Shown here: piece after piece, positions 45,588-53,648 of the stretch | Numbering within the stretch: position 1 is the stretch's first letter | Layout of the letters: each line of letters begins with the position of its first letter | Virus record (IMG/VR): IMGVR_UViG_3300019845_000023 | Span: 5,058-69,057 of that record | Strand: one strand, 5' to 3' | Source of the DNA: a virus | Taxonomy: Duplodnaviria > Heunggongvirae > Uroviricota > Caudoviricetes | DNA: 64,000 bases | Made by a program: the position numbers and the translations under genes | Notes under the pieces: model-generated | Databases searched by the model: none | Seen by the model: only the letters and a program-made list of their open reading frames with translations | What the model was told of the DNA's origin: nothing

Positions 45588-46381
45588 ATTTCTAAGTCAT
45601 TTCGTAAGCACTCTCACCGCGTGAAGGTAGACTTAATTGAGAGTATTTCTTCAACAATCTTGGGTGCCGCCACATCTCCTGCACACAGGAGACAGGGTAC
45701 TCGAACCCCTCCATCGCCAGTTGCTGAAAGGAATTTCAACCTAATCTCATTAGTTATAAAGCCACTGAGCTGTAGCTATGCGAATAATTTGCCGCAATCA
45801 ACGGGCGACTATTCTAATCGCCGTCATAACCAACACAAGTTATGAACCATTGTAATGTCGTCAGGTTCCCACACTTACGCAGTAAACGCGCCGCTTAACC
45901 ACTTGGTTTAGGTATGTTCATAACCAAGAAATTTTCCCTTTTACATCGTCAGCAGTAGATGTCGTAATTTTATCGGTACTTCCCCGAATGGACATTGCGT
46001 GCCTATCGTACTCACGGTAATGTACGTAACCGCTGCCGTGCCAGCCAATACACGGATTTATACTGCCATCACACAGTCGGGCAGGTCTGTGATGGGTCTC
46101 TGCCCAATTTGGTTTTTGTGGTTTTAAACAGTCCAATGAGTAAACCTCAACTCAACTGTAGAGAATATTTGGTGGTTCGCTCTCTCTCAGCGAAGGTGTA
46201 AAGGGAGTTTAAACCACTTCCTCGTGGGGTTTTAACGTCTTTTCCTTGACAAGTCTCGCCGCAACCAGTACCATTTAAGGTACGCCAATCACTACGGGTT
46301 GCACATCCTTACTTTACCTGCCCAACAGGTCGGCGGTTGGACCCGCCAGTGTCCCTTTTATTCTCTTTAAGTAATTGGCAA

Positions 46382-46456
46382 TGGTGTGGGATAGGAGAAT
46401 CGAACTCCCACCGCCTGTTTGGAAGACAGGAATACTGACCGTTATACGAATCCCAC
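46382..46456 (-). tRNA. tRNA-Gly (TCC)
   Basis: perfect acceptor; loop CUUCCAA. Confidence 0.7.
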
Positions 46457-46469
46457 ATTAGTTCTTATT

Positions 46470-46518
46470 TTTAAGTATAATTTATTATAACATATTCTAA
46501 GAAAAAAGTCAAATTTTT
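46470..46518 (-). promoter_or_regulatory. promoter block variant within tRNA array
   Basis: TTGACT-17-TATAAT. Confidence 0.55.
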
Positions 46519-46528
46519 AATAGTGATT

Positions 46529-46654
46529 GTCTTTGTAGGGGTCTGTCTTCTTCTTATCATGGGTTGCGGCGATGATGTCTGGCATAACCTCTATGAGCTT
46601 CCAAAGAAGTACGGTTACGCAAACAACTATTAGGTACTGCATCAGACAGACCTC
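46529..46654 (-). CDS. small membrane peptide (41 aa)
   Basis: hand translation; AAGGAGG RBS. Confidence 0.35.
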
Positions 46655-46666
46655 CTTTCAAGACAT

Positions 46667-46743
46667 TGGTTTCTCCGCTTGGATTCGAACCAAGGAATGG
46701 CAGTTTTAGAGACTGCTGTCTTAAGCCTCTTGACGACGGAGAA
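46667..46743 (-). tRNA. amber suppressor tRNA (anticodon CTA), Glu/Gln-type body
   Basis: perfect acceptor UUCUCCG/CGGAGAA; stem GCAGU/ACUGC; loop CUCUAAA; D-arm UCGUCAAGAGGCUUAAGACA. Confidence 0.65.
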
Positions 46744-46747
46744 TTAT

Positions 46748-46822
46748 GGTTGCCGCTCTGGGAATCGAACCCAGTAAGACGGAGTTAGAGTCCGTTGTCC
46801 TCGCCAACTAAACGAAGCGGCA
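46748..46822 (-). tRNA. amber suppressor tRNA (anticodon CTA), Glu-type body
   Basis: perfect acceptor UGCCGCU/AGCGGCA; stem ACGGA/UCCGU; loop CUCUAAC. Confidence 0.65.
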
Positions 46823-46907
46823 AAATTCTCCAAGACGCCTTTACATTTACCTTTTAAACATTTTAAGTGTTCTATTGTAAGAAATGATTGCAGGATGCGT
46901 CTTTCAT

Positions 46908-46955
46908 TCTTATAAAATAATTATAACATATTTTATAAAAATTGTCAAATTTTTG
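46908..46955 (-). promoter_or_regulatory. promoter block variant
   Basis: TTGACA...TATAAT. Confidence 0.5.
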
Positions 46956-46963
46956 AGTGCTTA

Positions 46964-47227
46964 TTAGTCTACAGCAGTTGTAGTAGTTGTCTCTGTTGTA
47001 GTCTCTTCTGCCTCAGTTTCTGTGGTAGTAGTTGTTTCTTCGGTAGCCTCAGTTGTCTCCTCTGCTACTGTTGTAGCTTCAGTTGTTTCAGCTTCTGTTG
47101 TTTCAACTTCTGTTGTAACTACTGTTGTGGTTTCACTGTTGCTTCCGCTATCCTTTGATGTATCGCAAGAAACAAAAGTTACAGCCATAGCGCCTGCCAT
47201 AAGACAAGCTAAAATAGCCTTCTTCAT
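46964..47227 (-). CDS. Thr/Glu-rich lipoprotein
   Basis: signal peptide with lipobox-like Cys. Confidence 0.5.
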   Translation of the reverse strand: MKKAILACLMAGAMAVTFVSCDTSKDSGSNSETTTVVTTEVETTEAETTEATTVAEETTEATEETTTTTETEAEETTTETTTTTAVD

Positions 47228-47580
47228 TGTGTTTCACCTCTTTGCTTTTTAAATAAGAACCCTTGCTTGTATATCGAAACCTCGTATTATATCCACAGTC
47301 ACATCGTGATTTACTCCCACACAAGAGGGCTACCATGGAGAAGGGGCACGCCCCGAGATGGGCGGCAATAATCATAGAACGCTATACGAAAAGCATAACG
47401 TACTAAGGAACTCTTTCCACACGTGGTGGATGAGCTATCGTATTTCTACGACCCCGCACAGCGGGTAGAAGTCATAATGACCTCTTAACAGTAATTTTGA
47501 TTGAGCCGCGTTTCCTCTTTTAAGTCTGACTAACTGCGGTAAAAAATCCAGACTTCAAAATTACTTTTAAGAAATCATTA

Positions 47581-47675
47581 TGGCGCGGTCGGGGAGACTC
47601 GAACTCCCACACCGATTGCTCGATTACTCATAGTTTAGCAAACTACTGCCTTACCAAATTAGGCTTACGACCGCA
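47581..47675 (-). tRNA. tRNA-Ser (GCT), class II
   Basis: perfect acceptor; loop UUGCUAA; long variable arm. Confidence 0.55.
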
Positions 47676-47807
47676 TTATCAAGATACGTTTTTTCGATAT
47701 ACGTTGTTCTACCAGTTGAACTACTCCGCCATATTGGCGACGGAGGCAGGACTTGAACCTACACCTACGGCGTGATAGGCAATCTATTGCTTGCTGACGT
47801 ATCTTAG
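47676..47807 (-). other. orphan tRNA 5' half with leader module plus orphan 3' fragment
   Basis: GGCGGAGUAGUUCAACUGGUAGAAC...AAAAAACGUAUCUUGAUAAU; T-arm GUAGGUUCAAGUCCUGC. Confidence 0.35.
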
Positions 47808-47809
47808 TT

Positions 47810-47887
47810 TGGTGTGCCTGATGGGACTCGAACCCATGACCCCCTGATTAAAAGTCAGGTGTTCTATGCCAACTGAACTACAGGCAC
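47810..47887 (-). tRNA. tRNA-Lys (TTT)
   Basis: perfect acceptor; loop CUUUUAA. Confidence 0.7.
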
Positions 47888-47986
47888 ATTAACATCCGCT
47901 GAGCATCTTATTGGAACGCTTTCACCATGCGAGACCTCTATTGTTTATTTGCTGGCAGAATTTGAACCATTAACCATAGCGAATAT

Positions 47987-48062
47987 TTGGTGGGACGCCT
48001 GAGATTCGAACTCAGATAAGCTCGGTTATGAGCCGAGTGCACTAACCATTGTACTAACGTCC
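47987..48062 (-). tRNA. tRNA-Ile2/Met (CAT), Ile-derived body
   Basis: anticodon arm CUCGG-CUCAUAA-CCGAG parallels tRNA-Ile(GAT) at 5981. Confidence 0.55.
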
Positions 48063-48119
48063 CATTAAAGAAAGGAAAGGGGCATACTTTCAAGATGGCT
48101 ATGCCAGACCACTAAGTTA

Positions 48120-48193
48120 TTGGCTTCGGCAAAGGGAGTCGAACCCCTATCAACAGAGCCAAAATCTGTTGTCCTACCATTAGACGATACCGA
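48120..48193 (-). tRNA. tRNA-Gln (TTG)
   Basis: loop UUUUGGC; D region shared with Gln(CTG) at 4532. Confidence 0.6.
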
Positions 48194-48222
48194 AATCTAT
48201 GGAGTCATAAAGACTCCAAATA

Positions 48223-48582
48223 TTACTTTTTGTTAGTTTTGTCTTTGCCTTTATCTTTATCTTTATCTTTATCCTTGTCTTTTCCTTCGGTATCTTCTTT
48301 GGTTTCTTCTTTTGCCATTGTAGAAGTCCAGCCAACCATCTGTTCAGCTAACCAGCCTGGGAGTCCAAAATATACTTCTCCCAAAACTTCATTTATTTCT
48401 GTGAGGTAAACCCAGCCTTCGCCAGGGATGTTGGCTCTACATTTTGCTTTACCCTTACCTTTGTCAACATATTCTGACTTCAGATATTCGATAAGCTCAT
48501 CTACTGTCATACCATAAGTAGCTTCTTTTCTTACGTCTTTTTCAGACTTTTTAGTTACTTTGGTTATCTTTTCGACTTTCAT
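48223..48582 (-). CDS. hypothetical protein with C-terminal (KD)n repeat
   Basis: ORF; tandem hexamer repeat 48250-48285. Confidence 0.5.
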   Translation of the reverse strand: MKVEKITKVTKKSEKDVRKEATYGMTVDELIEYLKSEYVDKGKGKAKCRANIPGEGWVYLTEINEVLGEVYFGLPGWLAEQMVGWTSTMAKEETKEDTEGKDKDKDKDKDKGKDKTNKK

Positions 48583-48637
48583 TTTCTCACCTCACTATAA
48601 ATATTATATCATATTTTATTTAAAAAGTCAAATTTTT
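48583..48637 (-). promoter_or_regulatory. promoter block variant
   Basis: TTGACT...TGATATAAT. Confidence 0.55.
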
Positions 48638-49092
48638 GAAAACTCTTGAATATCATAATCGTGGTTTCTAAACCACTTATGTATCATAAGTCTCTCAGAA
48701 CAAAGCTGTTCAGGTTTCTCATAAACTATGAGAGCGGCAACAGGTTCTTCTTCAAAATGTAAGAAGTCTTGAACCCGATGTCCAATGCTTTCAAACCTCT
48801 CCATTATATTATCATAATTGAGGTATTTGAGCTGTAAATAATAATCGTGCAGAAAGTTACAAGTGTTTGGATTCTGCTTACATGACTTGCCGCCACACTC
48901 AGCGATGTTCTGAAAATCTGGTACAAATGGCTCTGCTCGGCACCCAATAAGGACACCATTCTTATCAACATAAGTTGACTTCATATCGCCGTTAATATGA
49001 TACCAAGCAGGGTCAGATATTGCTGTACTTAATGGAATGATATTAGGAGTAAAGAATCTTATTTGGTAAAAATAAGATGTTACTATTTTCAT
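48628..49092 (-). CDS. hypothetical protein
   Basis: ORF track. Confidence 0.5.
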   Translation of the reverse strand: MKIVTSYFYQIRFFTPNIIPLSTAISDPAWYHINGDMKSTYVDKNGVLIGCRAEPFVPDFQNIAECGGKSCKQNPNTCNFLHDYYLQLKYLNYDNIMERFESIGHRVQDFLHFEEEPVAALIVYEKPEQLCSERLMIHKWFRNHDYDIQEFSKI

Positions 49093-49223
49093 TCCTCGCC
49101 GCGACCTTCACCTTCAAGGGATACTATCTTCTCCCAACACTCAGGGCAAAGTGTAGCCTCTTCATCAACTGATTCAAAAGGCTTGCCGCACTCTTCACAG
49201 ATTACTTCATATGTATCAGCCAT
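49089..49223 (-). CDS. zinc-ribbon peptide (44 aa)
   Basis: hand translation; CEECG...CPEC. Confidence 0.4.
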   Translation of the reverse strand: MADTYEVICEECGKPFESVDEEATLCPECWEKIVSLEGEGRGEE

Positions 49224-49239
49224 TTAAAATCGCTCCTTT

Positions 49240-49290
49240 TTAATAATGTAATAATATTATATTATATTTTATTTAAAAAGTCAAATTTTT
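49240..49290 (-). promoter_or_regulatory. promoter block variant
   Basis: TTGACT...TATAAT. Confidence 0.5.
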
Positions 49291-49591
49291 AATTGGTCTT
49301 TTCAGCGAAAGTCCAAGCCTTTCTTCCGTCAGCAAGAATATAAATTCCATTTATCTGGAACTTCTCAGGCTTCTCATAAACAATCTCAACCTTGTGCTTA
49401 ACGCCGTCAAGTCTGTCCTGCTCAAGGCTTGTTCTGAACTCCTTACCGCTCATCTTAAAAATTTGATTGTCGGTAACTTTAAGTGATGTTACCCCATTCT
49501 CATCTTCAACTTTTTCGAGCATTGTTACATTCATAAGAACCTTAGACTTTACTATATCCCAAGGCTGGAATCCTCTCTGTTTTAAATCCAT
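49289..49591 (-). CDS. hypothetical protein
   Basis: ORF track. Confidence 0.5.
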   Translation of the reverse strand: MDLKQRGFQPWDIVKSKVLMNVTMLEKVEDENGVTSLKVTDNQIFKMSGKEFRTSLEQDRLDGVKHKVEIVYEKPEKFQINGIYILADGRKAWTFAEKTN

Positions 49592-50028
49592 TACTTTTCC
49601 TCCTTAAAATCGTTCCTTAGTTTCATCAAGGTGTAACCAAGCTGATTACGACCTACGCCGCGGCAACTGGGACAAGTGCATATACCCCAGTATCTATCGT
49701 GCCAAGTTGTAGCTTCAACAAGAGTCTCATCACCAGTTTCAAGGAGAGCTTCCTTTAACTCTGGGTTTTGAGTAAACTTCTCATAAAGAACATCGTACAT
49801 AACTTGGTCTTTAACCTGTTCCCAGTCAGGACGAAGGTTTGCACTTCTACCCATAGACTTAGCAAAAGAAGGTGGTCTGTCCGCATACTTCTCTGCATTT
49901 TCAGGCTCTTTCTGTGATTGAAATGCCGCCTCGGAGTTAGTAAAATGAATACCCTTATAAGTAAAAGAGGACGCATAAAAGTTACTTAAGAAACCATATT
50001 TGCCTATATTACCTGTAAAATGTATCAT
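49591..50028 (-). CDS. NADAR (YbiA-like) domain protein
   Basis: collinear match to E. coli YbiA: YGFLSNF, SEAAFQSQK, WEQVKDQVM, NQLGYTLMKLR. Confidence 0.8.
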   Translation of the reverse strand: MIHFTGNIGKYGFLSNFYASSFTYKGIHFTNSEAAFQSQKEPENAEKYADRPPSFAKSMGRSANLRPDWEQVKDQVMYDVLYEKFTQNPELKEALLETGDETLVEATTWHDRYWGICTCPSCRGVGRNQLGYTLMKLRNDFKEEK

Positions 50029-50046
50029 ATATTTCCTCCCGTTTGA

Positions 50047-50093
50047 TTTTCTATAAATATTATATAATAATATTTTTAAAAAGTCAAATTTTT
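50047..50093 (-). promoter_or_regulatory. consensus promoter block
   Basis: same motif. Confidence 0.55.
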
Positions 50094-50121
50094 AATCATA
50101 ATATTCCGTTGCAAATTTATC

Positions 50122-50685
50122 CTATTCATTTTCCAGCCACTCTTTTGTCTGTGCTTTATGGATATAATCCAGCACTTCATTACAAATACGAGTGTATCCT
50201 TCTTCAGTACCGTCCATTATCCAGTAGTAAATATCGTGGCTTTCAAGGAATTTCTTTATTCTGACATCAATCTCTTTCGCTTCTTCCTCTGTCTGATTCC
50301 TGCCAACAGGATTGTAAGGCTTTTTTCGATTGATAAAAAAGTTAATGTTATCATAAGTATTAAACACATCCATTACTAAATGTTCGTAGTGCGGGCCCAA
50401 GACTGGGTTCTGATTATAAAATACGCCGAGCGGCAATGGGCTATCTGTGATGATAACATCCACCTGGTCGCGGCACCTGTCCATTTTATAGGACTGTTTA
50501 CCGAAAACATATTCCTGACATCTTAATGCTGAATAGTTCTTCTCCCAAGTTTTATCCTTAGCAAACTCAGTTATCAACTCGCAATTAACACCTTTCATCT
50601 TTAATTGACTAAAAATAAAAGCTGCCGCCGTAGACTTTCCTGCACCGGGGCCTGCAAATAAGTTTATGACTATTGGCTTCTTCAT
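50122..50685 (-). CDS. P-loop kinase (dNMP/nucleoside kinase-like)
   Basis: GPGAGKST Walker A. Confidence 0.5.
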   Translation of the reverse strand: MKKPIVINLFAGPGAGKSTAAAFIFSQLKMKGVNCELITEFAKDKTWEKNYSALRCQEYVFGKQSYKMDRCRDQVDVIITDSPLPLGVFYNQNPVLGPHYEHLVMDVFNTYDNINFFINRKKPYNPVGRNQTEEEAKEIDVRIKKFLESHDIYYWIMDGTEEGYTRICNEVLDYIHKAQTKEWLENE

Positions 50686-50702
50686 TGGCTTTCCCTCCTT
50701 TC

Positions 50703-50745
50703 TGATTATATAAATATTATATCACAGAAAAAATAAAAAGTCAAG
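50703..50745 (-). promoter_or_regulatory. weak promoter variant
   Basis: CTTGACT...TGATATAAT with altered spacer. Confidence 0.35.
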
Positions 50746-50783
50746 AAAAAGAAAGAGGGATTCTTCCGAACCCCTCAAAGCTA

Positions 50784-51278
50784 TTAACCAGTAATAGCTT
50801 CCTCTATACCACCTGGTGTAGTCTCAACTTCGTCATCAAGCTCATCAGCAAGCTCTTTAATCTGAGCCTGAATGAGTCCACGCTGATGTTCAAGTATTGT
50901 CTTGACTGTTGCAGCATAGCTGCCGTCTGCCCAGTCCTTAATCTCCGCGTCAATATTACCAAAGTTAAAGCTTGTATCGCCAACCTTAATAATGACATCC
51001 TTCTTCTTTGTTTCAAGGTTCTCAAGCATACGATTAATCATCGCAGCCTTCTTAGAGAGCTTGCAAATCTGTGCTTCCTTACTGTTCTTTCCTGGCTCTG
51101 GCTCAGGTTCTGGCTGAGGAGGGAAAGGAGGGAAAGGAGGAGGAGGACATGGAGGAACTGGAGGGAATGGATAATCTGGTGGCATTGGAGGGAATGGAGG
51201 GCAAGCTGGTCCTAAGTACATACCAACGTCGCCGCACTTACAGCCGTTCTTTTTAGAATAATCTGGATACTGATACAT
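50784..51278 (-). CDS. Pro-rich hypothetical protein
   Basis: ORF; PPxP repeats. Confidence 0.5.
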   Translation of the reverse strand: MYQYPDYSKKNGCKCGDVGMYLGPACPPFPPMPPDYPFPPVPPCPPPPFPPFPPQPEPEPEPGKNSKEAQICKLSKKAAMINRMLENLETKKKDVIIKVGDTSFNFGNIDAEIKDWADGSYAATVKTILEHQRGLIQAQIKELADELDDEVETTPGGIEEAITG

Positions 51279-51396
51279 ATCAGAGTTCTAAGGCTTATCA
51301 ATATTTGGCATTAAAATTCCCCCTATAAATAAATTAGGGTATCCGAAGATACCCTTCTTATATAAGGTAAAAATTGCCTTTGGGAATTATAATCTT

Positions 51397-52320
51397 TTAG
51401 TGCGCCGCCTTATCAGCTTCGTGAAGACGCTCAAGGTCACGCATAAAGTCTGCACTATAACGAGCTGCCATCTTCTCCATATACTTCTCGCCCTTGTAGT
51501 GGTCCATATGGTGGTTGATTAAAAGAACGATATAGTGATTACGGTCAGAGCAACCAGTATGAGATAAGTAGAAGTATGCTCCTACATTCTCATGGTTATA
51601 GAAGTGTGCCTCTTCTGTAGGGTTGTTGCGAGCGTCGTGATAAACCTTGCAGTAAGGCTTACCAATATCGTGGAAGAGTGCCGCAGTTCTTACTAAGTCA
51701 GAACGAGTTGAGTCTCTTACTGTCTTATTCATCTCGTCAACGATATACTTCTCTGCCGCTCTCATATGTGCGCCGATAGTTAAAGAGTGGTGATGATTAT
51801 CGTGAGGGATATTATCAGCTTCGAAAAGCATTTCTCCTATTACATCGAAGTTATTATCATTACCGAAAGTCATTATCTTATCCCAACCCTCAGAGTAGTC
51901 AGGTACCTCGAAGCTTCTAAGCATACGGTCGAGAACGAACTCAGGAACGACACGCTCACGGGAAGCATTACGCTCCTTTACAACCTCGAAAGGAGGTACG
52001 CAAAGAACGCATATCTTTACAAGGTCAGGTATCTTAGATAACTCCTTTAAGAAGCCTATACGACGCTTAGCATTGACGTTTGTTGCGTCATAGTAAACAT
52101 CGACATTAGCCTTTAAAAGGTCGCGAGTACGAGTTAACATTAAGTTGAATACTTCTGCGTTATGAGTCTGGTCATTAACGTCTCCAAATACGTCCTGCCG
52201 TATCTGGTCAGAAGATACATAAGCTGCTTCAGAGAAGTAAGCCTTATATAAAGTAGACTTACCAGAGCCAGGGAGTCCTACAGTGAAAAATAATCTTGGC
52301 ATATTTAGTCTCCTTTCCAT
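51397..52320 (-). CDS. polynucleotide kinase fused to an HD phosphohydrolase
   Basis: N-terminus LFFTVGLPGSGKST...SSDQIRQDVFG matches T4 Pnk kinase; C-terminal H..HD motifs. Confidence 0.65.
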   Translation of the reverse strand: MERRLNMPRLFFTVGLPGSGKSTLYKAYFSEAAYVSSDQIRQDVFGDVNDQTHNAEVFNLMLTRTRDLLKANVDVYYDATNVNAKRRIGFLKELSKIPDLVKICVLCVPPFEVVKERNASRERVVPEFVLDRMLRSFEVPDYSEGWDKIMTFGNDNNFDVIGEMLFEADNIPHDNHHHSLTIGAHMRAAEKYIVDEMNKTVRDSTRSDLVRTAALFHDIGKPYCKVYHDARNNPTEEAHFYNHENVGAYFYLSHTGCSDRNHYIVLLINHHMDHYKGEKYMEKMAARYSADFMRDLERLHEADKAAH

Positions 52321-52529
52321 TTTACAAATCCGCCAATGTTAATAATGAAATATGCTATATACATTAAAACCATTGGCAAATTAAATACTCCTACAATATT
52401 GACCGCTATCCATAGGAAGTTTCCTATTATCCAAGCTATCCAACCAATACGCTTTTTTAACATAATGAGGATATTTCCGCCGAGACTAAAGATAGCTCCA
52501 AGAATAGAAAGTATCAATATCAAATTCAT
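52305..52529 (-). CDS. small membrane protein
   Basis: TM helices. Confidence 0.45.
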   Translation of the reverse strand: MNLILILSILGAIFSLGGNILIMLKKRIGWIAWIIGNFLWIAVNIVGVFNLPMVLMYIAYFIINIGGFVKWKGD

Positions 52530-52539
52530 TTTATCACCT

Positions 52540-52587
52540 TTGATATAAATATTATACTATAAATCAGAAAAAAAGTCAAAGGTTTTT
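52540..52587 (-). promoter_or_regulatory. promoter block; -35 lies inside a terminator hairpin
   Basis: same motif. Confidence 0.5.
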
Positions 52588-52598
52588 AAGCCTTTGAC
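52567..52598 (-). terminator. terminator hairpin overlapping promoter -35
   Basis: GUCAAAGG-loop-CCUUUGAC then U7. Confidence 0.5.
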
Positions 52599-52617
52599 TT
52601 ATAAAAGTTAGATTAGT

Positions 52618-52761
52618 CCTTATTAGGTTCCTCATCTTTATCTTCTTCTTCTTCCTTGTTTGCTGCGGCAAGAGCTGCTGCTTCGATTTCTTTCAAAGTA
52701 CCAGCATCAATGAACTCTCTTCTTGTGCCGCCACCGATAATCATATCCATGTTCATTATTC
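52618..52761 (-). CDS. acidic small protein (47 aa)
   Basis: hand translation. Confidence 0.35.
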
Positions 52762-53400
52762 TGCCTCCTTTACCTTATAGTATGTTCCAGTACCCCAATC
52801 ATTAGGCTGTGAACTAAGAAGTACGTATTTTGTTCCTTCTAATTCGTAGTATGTATTCTCTGCGAACGCTGGTGAGTATGTAGTAGTTGAAGTAAATTCT
52901 ACTGGAGTAAATACATAAGAGCCTTCTGCTCCACTTCTTGTATAGAATGTTCCAGTTCCCCAACCTGCTGGCTGTTCAGTTAATGCTACTGCACTCTGTT
53001 CATTTGAATCATAGTAGATGCCAGATTCAAAAGCTGGTGAGTATGTAGTAGTTGAACTAAATGTCACAGCCTCATACTCTGGAGTTGGCTCTGGAGCATT
53101 AGTATCCTCTGCCCAAGTCTCAAAAGCCTGTGCGTAAGCAACTACACCTGCACCCATAAGTTCCTGCTTTGTTCCTGGCTGAGGGTAAATAGTTTTCTCG
53201 AAGCCTTCAATAGTAGGCTTAGTCTTACTATCACCAACTGCCAATGACTGAGCAGGCTGTGGCTTTGTACTCTGCTGATATTCAGCTTCACGATATGCCG
53301 CAGGACCATAGAAGGACTCCTTAATTCCATGCATTGGTCTTGAATTATAAGTCATTGTTTTCCCTCCTTTATTAAGAATAAGCAGAAACCTCTGCTTCAA
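52756..53400 (-). CDS. repeat-containing protein (TSTTTYSPAF...GWGTGTYY units)
   Basis: two near-identical repeats of about 45 aa. Confidence 0.5.
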   Translation of the reverse strand: MKQRFLLILNKGGKTMTYNSRPMHGIKESFYGPAAYREAEYQQSTKPQPAQSLAVGDSKTKPTIEGFEKTIYPQPGTKQELMGAGVVAYAQAFETWAEDTNAPEPTPEYEAVTFSSTTTYSPAFESGIYYDSNEQSAVALTEQPAGWGTGTFYTRSGAEGSYVFTPVEFTSTTTYSPAFAENTYYELEGTKYVLLSSQPNDWGTGTYYKVKEAE

Positions 53401-53412
53401 AATAAAGTAGAT

Positions 53413-53601
53413 TTATATAACATTTCCTCTAACTATTATCTCTCTCTGTACATAATAATAGTCACATCCGCCGCCTTGCTTTAATCTTTCGCCCATTTCT
53501 TCTGCTTGATACTGCTCTTCAAAAACTTGATAAAGTTTTGCACTTATAGAGTTATAACTTCCGATGTATAAAAGATAACAAAACATAATCAGCACCTCCA
53601 T
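53413..53601 (-). CDS. hypothetical protein
   Basis: ORF track. Confidence 0.35.
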   Translation of the reverse strand: MEVLIMFCYLLYIGSYNSISAKLYQVFEEQYQAEEMGERLKQGGGCDYYYVQREIIVRGNVI

Positions 53602-53648
53602 ATACAGGTTGCGCCGCGACCCTCAAAATTAAAGACCGCGGCTTAGTT

